A stretch of 64,000 nucleotides of DNA. Source: Saccostrea cucullata. Lineage: Eukaryota. The stretch spans positions 682,001 to 746,000 of the forward strand of contig NW_026939778.1 of the NCBI RefSeq assembly GCF_032062105.1, given 5' to 3'. Under the pieces are notes generated by a model that saw only the letters and a list, made by a program, of their open reading frames with translations, ran no database searches and was not told the DNA's origin. This document shows, piece after piece, positions 1 through 12,437 of this stretch; the stretch's first letter is position 1; each line of letters begins with the position of its first letter. Position numbers and translations under genes: made by a program.

Positions 1-150
1 AAATGAAAAATTACTTTTGACTTGACAGTAGATTAATATATGTATTTATTTTGTTAATTCTGAAATAAATAAAGAAAATGCATGCTGCAACTAGCAGCTC
101 ATCATGCTCATTGTAAGATATTTTTTAAACCATGGTATTCCATCTTCCAG

Positions 151-877
151 GTAACTCATTTGGCCGGTGCCCTAAGGAAGCATGGGGTAGAGAAAGGGGA
201 CAGGGTACTGATTTACATGCCCATGATCCCCCAGGCTATCATTGCTATGATGGCCACGGCCAGGTTAGGGGCAATACATTCTCTTGTTTTTGGAGGCTTT
301 GCTTCAAAGGAACTGGCTGTCAGAATAGATCACGCAGAGGTAAGAAAAATAATTAAACAGAAAAGTATGAATCGTTCATTTACAATGCAGGAGAATTCCC
401 AGATTAAATTTGGCAGAGGTCATATGTGTTGCATCATTGATTTCCACTCAGTAATTGTCTCATGCATGTATAAATTAGCAAGACCTCTTGGAATAAGGAC
501 AACAATTCATTGAGAATTTTAAAGTGCTACCGTAAATCTGGAAATTTTTACTGTAGATAAATTTTTAGCAAATTTGCGAGTGCAATGCATTCGCAAAAAT
601 ATTTTTCTTAAAATTAAATCATGTAAAGAAATTTTTTTCTGAAAGTTGTTGTCTATTTTTAACTCAGTGAATAGGCGTCGGTAAGCACTGTTTATTTTTA
701 AAAAGAAACCTGTTTATACTACTGTAACTACAAGCTAATTATCCGTGCTTGTAAATTGCCCTCATTATACGCAATATCGTCCGATGGTTTGACAAGCACT
801 GAGATGGTGTGTCCCTTTTTTAGCTCTACTGGTCAGAGACCAGAAGAGCTTATGCGATAGTAATGCGTCCGTCGTCC

Positions 878-911
<34 letters not shown>

Positions 912-3900
912 AAACAATTTTTCAAAATGCTACTCCTCCTACAGTTTTGGTCCGATTTCAATATAACTTGGCACACAAGTAGACTACACTAAGATACATA
1001 ATTCTGTGCATCGGTTTTTGATTTTGATGAACGGTGTTGCCATGGTTACTAAAAATAGAAATTTCTGTGAAATTCTTTCAAAATGCTACTCCTCCTACAG
1101 TTTTAGTCTGATTTCAATATAACTTGGCACACAAGTAGACTACACTAAGATACATAATTCTGTGCATCGGTTTTGAATTTCGATGAACGGTGTTGCCATG
1201 GTTACCAAAAATAGAAATTTCTGTGAAATTCTTTCAAAATGCTACTCCTCCTACAGTTTTGGTCCAATTTCAATATAACTTGGCACAAAAGTAGACTACA
1301 CTAAGATACATGATTCTGTGCATTGGTTTTTGATTTCGATAAACGGTGTTGCCATGGTTACTAAAAATAGAAATTTCTGTGAAATTCTTTCAAAATGCTA
1401 CTCCTGCTACAGTTTTGGTTTGATTTCAATATAACTAGGCACACAAGTAGACTACACTAAGATACATAGTTCTGTGCATTGGTTTTTGATTTCGATGAAT
1501 GGTGTTGCCATGGATACCAAAAATAGAAATTTCTGTGAAAGACTTTTAAAATATGCTACTCCTCCTACAGTTTTGGTCTGATTTCATTATAACTTGGCAC
1601 ACGAGTAGACTACACTAAGATACATAAAGATGTGCATCGGTTGTTTGATTTCGATGAAAGGTGTTGCCATGGTTACTAAAAATAGAAATTTCTGTGAAAT
1701 TCTTTCAAAATGCTACTTCTCCTACAGTTTTGGTCTGATTTCAATATAACTTGGCACACAAGCAGACTATACTAAGATACATAATTCTGTGCATTGGTTT
1801 TTATTTTGATAAGTGGACCATTTTCTATTAATTGCTGTTTTAAAGTTTCAAGTGGCTACTGCTACTTTTCTCTTCCTTTGTTTTAAGTATAAACCAGTAG
1901 AGCTACAGTCTCGATAGAGACTTCTGGTTTTGTCACATAGGTTGGGAGATTGCACAAACTGAAATGGAATTTAAAATGTATGTACAGGCTGCCTAAAATC
2001 AGGGCTCCCACTGGACCGAAAATATTTTTCGCCACTTTTCGCGACAAAAGGAAAGGCATATTTACATCTGATTTTTCGAAATTGCAATGCACTTTATGTT
2101 AGTCCTTTTTTTAGCTCTACTGGTCAGAGACCAGAAGAGCTTATGCGATAGTAATGCGTCCGTCGTCCGTCCGTCTGTCTGTCTGTCTGTCCGTCTGTCT
2201 GTAAACAATTTTTCAAAATGCTACTCCTCCTACAGTTTTGGTCGGATTTCAATATAACTTGGCACATAAGTAGACTACACTAAGATACATAATTCTGTAT
2301 ATCGGTTTTTGATTTCGATGAACGGTGTTGCCGTGGTTACTAAAAATAGAAATTTCTGTGAAATTCTTTCAAAATGCTACTCCTCCTACAGTTTTAGTCT
2401 GATTTCAATATACCTTGGCACACAAGTAGACTACACTAAGATACATAATTCTGTGTATCGGTTTTTGATTTCGATGAACGGTGTTGCCGTGGTTACTAAA
2501 AATAGAAATTTCTGTGAAATTCTTTCAAAATGCTACCCCTACTACAGTTTTGGTCGGATTTCAATATAACTTGGCACACAAGTAGACTACACTAAGATAC
2601 ACAATTCTGTTTATCGGTTTTTGATTTCGATGAACGGTGTTCCGTGGTTACTAAAAATAGAAATTTCTGTGAAATTCTTTCAAAATGCTACTCCTTCAAC
2701 AGTTTTAGTCTGATTTCAATATAATTTGGCACACAAGTAGACTTCACTAAGATACATAATTCTATATATTGGTTTTTGATTTCGATGAACGGTGTTGCCG
2801 TGGTTACTAAAAATAGAAATTTCTGTGAAATTCTTTCAAAATGCTACTCCTCCTACACTTTTAGTCTGATTTCAAAATAACTTGGCACACAAGTAGACTA
2901 CACTAAGATACACAATTATGTTTATCAGTTTTTGATTTCGATGAACGGTGTTGCCGTGGTTACTAAAAATAGAAATTTCTGTGAAATTCTTTCAAAATGC
3001 TACTCCAAATACAATTTTAGTCTAATTATAATATAAATGTGGCATGCAAGTGGACTGCACTAAGAACAAAAGAGACTTAATCAAGGATCATTATTCTATT
3101 TATTGCTGTTGAAAAGTTTCAATTTCCAACTGCTTAAGTACTTTTCTCTTCCTTTGCTATAAGTACAAACCAGTAGAGCTTCAGTCTCGACAGAGACTTC
3201 TGGTAATTATTTTGCCAAGAAAGAGAGACCAGTTATTTAATCCAAGCATGTATCAACACGGGTGATAACTCGAGTTCAGTGCTTTTACTAGAGAGTTCCA
3301 AATGTAAACACGGCGTGTAAATTTTAGGTGAGAAAAAAACCAAACGTTGAGAAAATTAGTTATGTATATTTTTGTCTTTATTTGGATTATATTTTAGGTT
3401 AAAAGGCATACACAACCTCTAATTAATTTAGAAGTTATTTTCAGTGCAAATCCTTTTGTATTTTTATCTTCAAAATTGTTTCGGAGCGATTCTGCAATTT
3501 CTTGCCACGTTGCAAGTATATTGGTGGTATTCTAACTGTGCATACTAAATTGAAACATAAACTGATATGAAAATCTTAAGGGATTTTTAGGTCACCTGAG
3601 TAAACTCAGGTGACCTATTGCTATCTGTTTTTGTCCGTCGTCGTCCGTCGTGCGTCGTGTGTTAACATTTGAACATTTTCAGCTTCTTCTCTGAAACCAC
3701 TGAACCAATTTTAACCATATTTGGCACAAAGCAGGTATGGGTGAAGGGGAACAAAAATTGTGAATTTCATGATCCCTGCCCCCCTGGGGCCTGAGGGGTG
3801 GGGCCAAAACCACTGAAATTAATGCAATCTTTAAAAATCTTCTTCTTTACTCCTGGACATCAAGCAGTCAAACTGTTTGCATGATTGTAATCAGCAATGA

Positions 3901-6900
3901 GTCCTCTACCAAAATTGTGAATTTTATGGCCCTGGGGTCAGGGGTTCTGGTGTTAGGGCGGGGCTCTATTGATTATATAGTGAAAATACAGGAATTCTTT
4001 GAAAATCTTCTTCTCTGCTCCTGGGTATTAAATAAACTAACTAAGTACATAGTTATGATGAGCAAGAGTGCCTCTACCAAAATTGTGAATTTTATGGCCC
4101 CAGGGTCAGGGGTTCTTGTTTTAGGGTGGGGCTCTAATGATTATATAGTGAAATGCATGAATTCTTTGAACATCTTATCCTTTGCTTCTGGTTAATATGC
4201 TTATGATTTAATTACATATTTAAGGCCAGTATTTTTTTTATTTTCAGTTTTACAAACCCTCCGCTCAAGGTTTTGAATTTTCAGAAAAAAATAAAACAAT
4301 TTTTTCTTTCCGATGTCAAAATTGAGTCGGGATCGAGATTTCAAATTTACGAACTCGCACTTCCAGTTTTAAGATGAAACGGCGGGTAATGCTAGATCTA
4401 TCTGAGAAGATAGGTTAGTTTAGTGTAAAATTCATCGATTCGAGTGCCATTCAAAACGTTTCACCCGTTCAAAGGACAAATAAAATGCTGACGAATTTGT
4501 TGCACAATGACATGCTGGTGAGATAATTATGTATTAGTTTCAAAAGTGTCTGTCTGTAAATTATTTTCCTCCCCCAGGTTTTAAACTGCCCGTGGTAGCT
4601 ATTGCATATTGTCAGCGACATTGTTTAGGTCTCTGTTATAGCTTACAGTCTAAGCATCATTCTTCAGAAAAGGGTTGCTTATGCATCAGATGTAATGAAT
4701 AAAACTATGGGAGAAGTTAAGTCTATTTGAGGAAGAAATAAACAATAACCTGAAGAAATAAAAAAAATTTCAACTATTAAAAGGCAAGAATATACAAATA
4801 TATACAGGCATGTAGTATCATTTGTATCAGCCAGAAAAATTATTTTACACTTAATTGAAAAAATGTTCACCCTACTCTCCAATACTCCCTGTCTGTTTTA
4901 TGATAGGAATTATATAATTTTAGGCATCAAGTAAATTTTAGAACAATGCCTACACATTCACCTATCACATATTAAAAAAATGAAGATATATTGAAAGACA
5001 TTTAAAGAATTGATTTTTTAAAATACATTTTGACCAATATCACAAAATTTATATAACTGGCCCAAACTGGCAGATGATGAAATAAGCAATGTTCTACTTT
5101 CCTGTTTGTAAGCATTATGTGTCCAGTGGTAAGGAGCCTATTAGAATGGCATAAAAAAGAATGTACAAATGTTAATAATTGATTTATCCAAAAAAAAAAA
5201 TTTAATTATTTCCTTCTCATTCGGGACATTTTTATTCTCATGTTCATAACTAAACCTAAACATAAAAAAAATGCTGGACTTGTAATGAAGAAAGGGGCCT
5301 CTTTCAAAATAGATAATGTCAGGGCCGCTTGGTCAGGGGTACCAGGGGGGTACTTTGACTAAAAATAAATTAATGCATTGAAATCTGCCCTTTGATAAGC
5401 AATGGGGCCTCTTTCAAAATTTGTGAATTTCATGGCTTTTGGATTAAAACACGAACCAAATACAATCGCTGGAAAGTTGTTGCATGATACTCAGGTGACC
5501 TATAAGGCCCGTGGGCCTCTTGTTAATTTTAGCTCCAGTGACAATTCGCAAAATTTTGAAGCGTAAAAATTAATCAATAGCTTTTTGACCCAAATTCGCA
5601 AAAATAAATCGACGTAAGAATTTCCAGATTTACGGTATCACTATGTAGGAAGTGCTCCCACAATTTTCTTTCTTTTTTTTCAGCATTTGTATTAAATTTT
5701 TTTCTTGCACTTTTCAGCCAAAGGTTGTCATCAGTGCTAACTGTGGAGTAGAGCCAAACAGAAATGTCCTGTACAAGCCCATGCTGGATGCTGCTTTAGA
5801 AATGGCCACCCATAAACCAAAGAACTGCATCATTTACAACAGACCAATGGTAGGAAATCTGGAGTCTCATAGGACATAACTCATGGAATCAAATGATGAT
5901 CACAAAAAATTGGCATTTGATGATATAATTTTTAATTATCCACTGGGAAATACATGTACATTGTATTCTAAACTTTTTCATTTTAGTTTCCATTCTGCAC
6001 ATTTATCAAAGGCCGAGATTTAGATTGGGAGATAGAGGTTGGGATGTCTAAACCAGTAGACTGCGTGCCTGTGGATTCTATGGACCCGGCATATATCCTC
6101 TACACATCGGGGACAACAGGGCTTCCTAAGGTCTCCATTTACTGCAAAACAGCTATTTCTCATGTACTCTGTACAATTGAACACAGAAGCCTATAGTACT
6201 AATGATTATTGTTTCTTCTCCCTCAACAAATTTGGAATCACCTTGTCCATTTTCTAATAAGATTTTTTGTAATGAAGAAACATTTGAAGCTTATTCATTG
6301 ATTTCCATCACCTGATGGTGTGTCATGATAATGAATCAATGCCATTTGGGCAAATGATTGTAAAGTGAGGGTGTAGAATGATCTTGAACCAAGATCATTC
6401 ATGCAAGTTCAGGGTAACTTTAAGTTGACTGACGTGTACATGTATAATTATTTCCTGGCCATATATTGTAATGAAAAAAAACTTAGCATAAATATTGTCT
6501 ATGATCTGAGTGTGTTTCATGACCTTGACCCTTCACATTCAAGTCATATTATATGGCAAGGTAAATTTCGGAATTTTTTACCATTTTTAATCTAGTAGCA
6601 TTATATTTTTAGGCAGTGGTCCGGCCAAGCGGGGGTCATGCCGTGGTCTTGAAGTGGTCAATGTGGAATATCTATGGTCTCAAGCCAAAGGAGGTCAGTT
6701 CATAAACTTGATTAAGCAGTAAAGATATTGCTGATAATAAGTAACAGAAAATGCAACTGAAATGGTAGAGTGATTTTTTGGACTTTGATTTTCTTAGGTA
6801 TGGTGGTCAGCTTCGGATCTGGGCTGGGTTGTGGGACACTCCTATATTTGTTACGCCCCTTTACTCAATGGAAACACTACAATTGTGTATGAGGTAAGGT

Positions 6901-9900
6901 AACAGATCAGATGTTGAACTTTTTTGCTGAGATATTTTAAATCTTTTAATTTAATGTAAATCTATAAAATACTGCACAATATGTAATTGGTAAATTTAGT
7001 TTAAATCATTTATCAGAACTTGTCAATGTATAAAAAAAAAAGAAATTTTAAAAAAAGGGGACATGAAAAATAAAGATTTAAAACTTTTCTTATGTGTGTA
7101 TCAAATGTTAGGGAAGTATTTGAAGTATTTATAGGTTGATAATGTTGATACTAGAAGAAGAACTTGGAATAATACTGTTATAAAAGTTTCATAACCAATC
7201 TTGACTATGCTTTTATAGGGTAAACCTGTGGGTACCCCTGACCCTGGGGTTTACTTCCGGATTCTGAAGGAACATGATGTAGCAGGGATGTTTGTAGCCC
7301 CCACTGCAATCCGAGCCATTAGGAGAGAGGTGAATTGATAAATCCCATAGTATATTCATAGTAACTGTACTAACTGATTTATATAACTGTTGTCTAATAA
7401 GGGAGTGAAATCTTTGCTTTACCAATAAACCGTTTGTTGATCTTAATTTTTTAGGACCCAGATGCCTCTTTTGCTCAGAAGTACCTTCCACTGCCAAAGT
7501 AAGTAAAATAAAAATGAATTGTACTGGTAAAATTTTATACAGGGGCCATATCTTATGATTAACCAGTCTCTGTATTTTGACCTGTATTTTGACCTCTGTA
7601 GATTTTGAATTGTGTCACATTTACAAGTATCTGTGCATCTTTCTGTATTTTGACACATGTAGGGTTTGAGTATAGAAAGATTTACTTGACTGTATCCGTC
7701 TGTGTTTTGATCTTTGTAGGTTTTGAGTATTGTCAGATTTTTTTTTTTTATCTCTTCCTTATTTTTATCTCAGTCAGTAGATTTGAGATAAAGGTGTATC
7801 TAGTTTTTTTTTTCTCTGAAGATTAAGATAAAGGTGTATCTATTTCTAATCTCTGTAGGTTTGAGATTTAAATGTATCTATTTTTCATCCCTGCAGGTTT
7901 GAGATTTAAGTGTATATATTTTTCATCTCTGTAGATTTGAGATATCTATTTTTGATCTCTGTAGGTTTGAGATATCTATTTTTGATCTCTGTAGATTTGA
8001 GATATCTATTTTTGATCTCTTTAGATTTGAGATACTAGTATCTATTTTTTGACATCTGTAGATTTGAGATATCTGTTTTTGATCTCTGTAGATTTGAGAT
8101 ATCTATTTTTGATCTCTGTAGATTTGAGATATCTATATTTTGATCTCTGTAGATTTGAGATATCTATTTTTTGACATCTCTAGATTTGAAATATCAATTT
8201 TTGATCTCTGTAGATTTGAGATATCTATTTTTGATCTCTGTAGATTTGAGATATCTATTTTTGATCTCTGTAGATTTGAGATATCTATTTTTGATCTCTG
8301 TAGATTTGAGATATCTATATTTTGATCTCTGTAGATTTGAGATATCTATTTTTTGACATCTCTAGATTTGAAATATCAATTTTTGATGTCTGTAGATTTG
8401 AGATATCTATTTTTGATCTCTGTAGATTTGAGATATCTATTTTTGATCTCTGTAGGTTTCGAGGTTTGTTTGTGGCAGGAGAACACTGTGACAAGGAGAC
8501 TCTGGAGTTTGCTCACTCTGTACTGCAGGCTCCTATACTGGACAACTGGTGGCAAACAGGTCAGTATTAAAAATGATACATGTCTATACATGAATACTAA
8601 ATATTTCTACAAGTTTATAAAATCATTATGAATTAGACAAATATCACAGTAATAGATAAATTTGATAATTCCATGTAATTGAGCATTTTGTAACCAAATA
8701 CATGTACATACACCTGTACTGATGTGAATGAGTTGTGGGTGTGTGATACCTTTATTTATTTACAGAGACGGGGTGGGCCATCAGTGCGACATGTGCAGGG
8801 TTAAATATGTCCTTGTCCCCACCCTCAGGGGCTGCTGGGAAATCGGTACCGGGCTGGAATGGTAAAAAATTAATATACATAGGACAAATTAATAGTTTTA
8901 ATGAGCATTTAATGAGTCATTGTTTACTGAAAAACTAAGTTTTTGTTTGTTTGTTTTTTTTTAATTGCTTACAATCCAGTTTCTTTATAGTTCAGGTTTT
9001 AAGGAAGGATTTCTCACAGGCTTCCACTGGTGAGCTGGGAGACATTGTTGTCAAGTAGGTCTTGTGTAGATACAGTCAATTATACATACAATCTAATGTA
9101 ATATGTACCATGTATAAATATTTAAGATGTAAATAGACTTATTTTATTTGAAGAAAGAGTGAACATAGAGGTATGGACATGGTGATAGTATTGTTGAGTG
9201 AAATGTCAAATTTTCTTTCCTTAGGTTGCCTTTACCACCTGGAGCATTTAGTACCCTGTGGAAAAATGAGGAGCGATTCAAAAAGACTTACTTTGAAAGC
9301 AAACCAGTATGTTTTCCATTTTCTGTTTATCCAGTTGATTTGTAAATCAGATTGTAGATTGTGTATGCAGAAATTACATAAAAATAAAGTATCTTAGTTT
9401 TAAGAGAAAAATAAGATCAAGATTTTCAACATTATAAGTACATGTATTACAGATATCAGGTTTATTTTTAATAAATTGTAAGTGAAATTTTGCTTATGGA
9501 ATAGATCACAACAAGTTAGGTACTCACTGAGTATGTTTTTTCATCATTTTTGTTCTATACGACTAGTTTATAATCATTACAAGTTGGGTACTCATTGAAC
9601 AAGTTTTATCATGATTTTTATTCTACAGTTGTCTTCTGCCATTACAGGGTTACTATGACACCATGGATGCAGGCTACAAGGATGGAGAGGGCTATGTTTA
9701 TGTCATGGCCAGAAGTGATGATGTCATCAACGTGGCGGGCCACAGACTCTCGACGGGTGCAATAGAAGAGGTAGCCACTTTTATACTGGAAATAATGTCC
9801 ATTTGAATAAAGAGAAGAATGGCTGCCAAAAGAATTTTTTAGGCTGAAAAAAGTCAAGATGCACATTTTTATAAATGTTCGATTTTTGTACATGTACTAG

Positions 9901-11332
9901 AAGTGTAAAATGTTGTCATAGAGCATTGAAAGCGCACACTCTATTTAGTTTAGCCTGATCAATTAATGCATATTAAATGTCAAGGTACTACTGTTCCTTA
10001 ATAATGAAAGCAATACAATTTTTTTTTTCTATATCTACATGTATTTGTAGGCAATCATGACGAGTGAGGATATAGCTGAGGTGGCAGTGGTGGGAATACC
10101 TGACACACTCAAAGGTCAAATACCGCTGGGACTGTGTGTACTAAAACATGGTAAGTATACACAGTACTAAAACATGGTAAGTACACAATGACTAATATAC
10201 ACTCAAAGGACAGGTACCACTAGGACTGTACATACTAAAATGTGGTAAGTATACTAAATACCTAAACATGTAAGTACAAAGTACTAAAACATGATAAGTA
10301 CTTAGTGACCAAAATACAGGTACCAATGGGACTTTGTACTAAAACATGATAAGTATACAGTGACTTAAAGACATCCTCAAAAGACAGGTAATATGGTTCA
10401 TACACAGTGTTCTGAACATCAAAGCTTATTTAGAAATAGTAACGAATTGGTGAAGAAATATTCTGATCTTTATTTTTGAATAATTGGAAATTCTGATAGA
10501 AATATTTTTATTTTACAATTTTCCTTGATTTAAACAGGAGTGCAGAAGTCAGCAGATGAAGTTATAGATCATGTCCGAGATGTAGTGAGAAGCAGCATAG
10601 GACCAGTGGCCGCCTTCAAACTCGCGGTTATTGTCCCAAAGCTACCAAAGACTCGAGCTGGGAAGATAGCTCGTAGCACCATAGCTCTCATGGCAGCTGG
10701 TCAGCCATTCAAAGTAAGCAACTAATATGTGGTATTTGAATAAATACCTTTTATCCTTATTTTGATACAACTGATGATACTCAAGTGACCATCAAGGCCC
10801 ATGGACTTTGTTTCTTTTATATGTTGTGCATGCAGTTATGATAGATAAACTCTTTAAAAAATTGATTACTGTAGATCACTAAATTTTCACGACACCTTAT
10901 TTTCGCGAGATAGTCATTGACTCTTAATTAGCGAGACAAAATTTTCACGAATTGTGGTTCTTGCTCTTTATAATCTTAAGAAATGCTATTATACACGAGA
11001 ATTAAATTTTCTCGAGCACACTGTCACGCATAATTATGCAAAAATAAAGTTCTCGCGAATAAAAAGTGATTTACAGTACCTACTTGTAGTACAAGGTTGG
11101 GTAGGTATTTAACAAGTGGTGAGCTAATAAAATCTAAGAAGCCAAAATCTAGGAAAGCTATTTATGAAAAGTGTTTCTAAGTTTGACTGCTACATTATTT
11201 TATAAAAAGAAATCTCAGGTTTGATGAGATATGTTTTTGCACCCTTTGTAGATTCCAGTGACTATTGAGGATGCCTCTGTGTATCCGTACATCCGGGACG
11301 CTCTACAACAGATTGGCTATGCCAAAGAGTAA
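151..11332 (+). CDS. ACSS3: Acyl-CoA synthetase short-chain family member 3 (propionyl/acetyl-CoA synthetase), 5'-partial, with proximal last exon
   Basis: Phase-consistent GT-AG exons 151-339, 5718-5849, 5987-6130, 6613-6693, 6798-6893, 7219-7329, 7455-7498, 8456-8559, 8766-8861, 8991-9054, 9225-9306, 9648-9770, 10051-10150, 10538-10713, 11252-11332 (TAA). Encodes the AMP-binding motif YILYTSGTTGLPK plus SDLGWVVGHSYICY, YEGKPVGTPD, DNWWQTETG, RSDDVINVAGHRLS and PKTRAGKI, typical of ACSS3/PrpE. N-terminal exons lie upstream of the window. Confidence 0.95.
816..1931 (+). mobile_element. Helentron/HINE (DINE-1/CvA-like) non-autonomous element with 156-bp internal tandem array
   Basis: T-run insertion site, subterminal IR agctctactgg/ccagtagagct, 5' hairpin, (GTCY)n microsatellite at about 867-910, about 5.6 copies of a 156-bp unit from 921, 3' stem-loop agtctcgatagagact. 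Confidence 0.85.
2106..3204 (+). mobile_element. Second copy of the same HINE family with 156-bp array
   Basis: Same termini, microsatellite and 3' stem-loop as 816-1931; units start at about 2212, 2368, 2524, 2679, 2835 and 2991. Confidence 0.85.
3584..5524 (+). mobile_element. HINE-like element of a different family, interrupted at about 4220-5270
   Basis: 5' tttttaggtcacctgag..ctcaggtgaccta hairpin, gtcc/gtcg microsatellite, degenerate internal repeats, 3' ctcaggtgaccta plus aggcccgtgggcct stem-loop. Confidence 0.75.
7565..8455 (+). repeat. 30-bp minisatellite (ttttgatctctgtagatttgagatatctat) whose last unit is the ACSS3 acceptor
   Basis: 18 regular units with AG ends from 7934 to 8455, degenerate copies back to about 7565, and a 182-bp higher-order repeat (8140 vs 8322). 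Confidence 0.92.
10104..10392 (+). repeat. Degenerate tandem copies of an ACSS3 exon 3' end and donor (gtactaaaacatg/gtaagta)
   Basis: The motif recurs near 10138, 10164, 10233, 10261, 10281 and 10337; 10199-10250 copies the last ~46 nt of the exon plus donor. Confidence 0.8.
10869..11076. mobile_element. TA-flanked MITE
   Basis: TIR ctgtagatcact / agtgatttacag with TA on both sides. Confidence 0.75.
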
Positions 11333-12239
11333 TAAAGCAGCATTATATTAACACTGCCTTTTTGTAGCATTAACTTGATCTGTGTGTTATTGAAAAAAAT
11401 TAACTGACTTTGTGAATGGTTTAACATTTTTCTAAAATATTCGGCAAAAAAAGATCATGATAAATTTTGTTTGGTTTTAAATGAATACCATTCAACAGAG
11501 TACATGTATGTATATTTTGTGGGTTGCTTGCAGTGTACTGATTTTATTTATTATTCTTTTCAGATTAAAACAATAATTTTTCATTCCATATTATTTTCCT
11601 CACTAACACTCGCATGCTTATACATTGCATGAGTGAATATATTGATATATTTTTACTTAATATCATTCTTTGTGACAGCTTTGCATGTTTAATTATCTTT
11701 GAGTACATGTATAACATGACTGAATGGAAAATAAATTTTTAGAGAAAAGAAAAACTTTTTTATGACCTTGAAATGCATAAAGGAATGCAGTCATTACATG
11801 TTTTAAAAAAATTTTAAATTGTATAAATAATTTTTCTCGGTTAAATCAGGGACCTGTGTACTAAATACATGTATATAGGTCCCAGGATGTATGTATGTGT
11901 GGTTAAGTAGTATCTTCATTACGTACTGTATTTTGTTTGGTTTTTAATTTGTTTTTGCACTTTTACTCAGGCTATCCTATTTTGCTTACTTCATGTACAG
12001 TAACTGTTTATTATAAATGTACCAGTAGCTAATTTTTTTCTGATGAGTTGCAGGGGAGAAAATAAACAACTAAATTCTCTAAAAGCATTAATACCAAAAC
12101 TTATATCCTATATATCATTATAAGTTGATCTATATGATATATTTAAAAAAAACTACACTTTTAAAGTAATACTTCCTTATATTTTTTGTCAGTTTAAAAG
12201 ATTTACAAAATACATTATATAAATAGACAATAAACAAGA

Positions 12240-12393
12240 CAGTAAAACAGCCTTTTCAGCCAAGTGGCAGGGAAATGCAATTTCAATTCATTATAAGTGT
12301 AATTCATAATATTGTAGCACGAGCAATAGGATTAAAATCATAATTTAAGTGTGAATTCATTATAAGGGTGTTCACTATAACCATGTTTTACTG
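12240..12393. mobile_element. Degenerate MITE (cagtaaaaca family)
   Basis: TIR cagtaaaaca / tgttttactg. Confidence 0.55.
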
Positions 12394-12437
12394 TATTACA
12401 TACTGGTCAGGAGCTATATTTTGTGTATCTGTTGTAG

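Larger units (their letters stand above)
530..5635. mobile_element. Non-autonomous Tc1/mariner-type element swollen by nested insertions
   Basis: TIR ccgtaaatctggaaatttttac / gtaagaatttccagatttacgg, flanked by TA at 528-529 and 5636-5637. Confidence 0.8.

Noticed and set aside
921-3065. 156-bp array (and the 30-bp array at 7934-8455) as CRISPR-like
   Set aside because: Contiguous tandem units with no unique spacers, in eukaryotic introns, with no cas genes.
3881-4195. 104-aa ORF and similar ORFs at 2309, 34303, 35648 and 58168
   Set aside because: They lie in HINE repeat units; the peptide repeats mirror the DNA repeat and there is no splice context.
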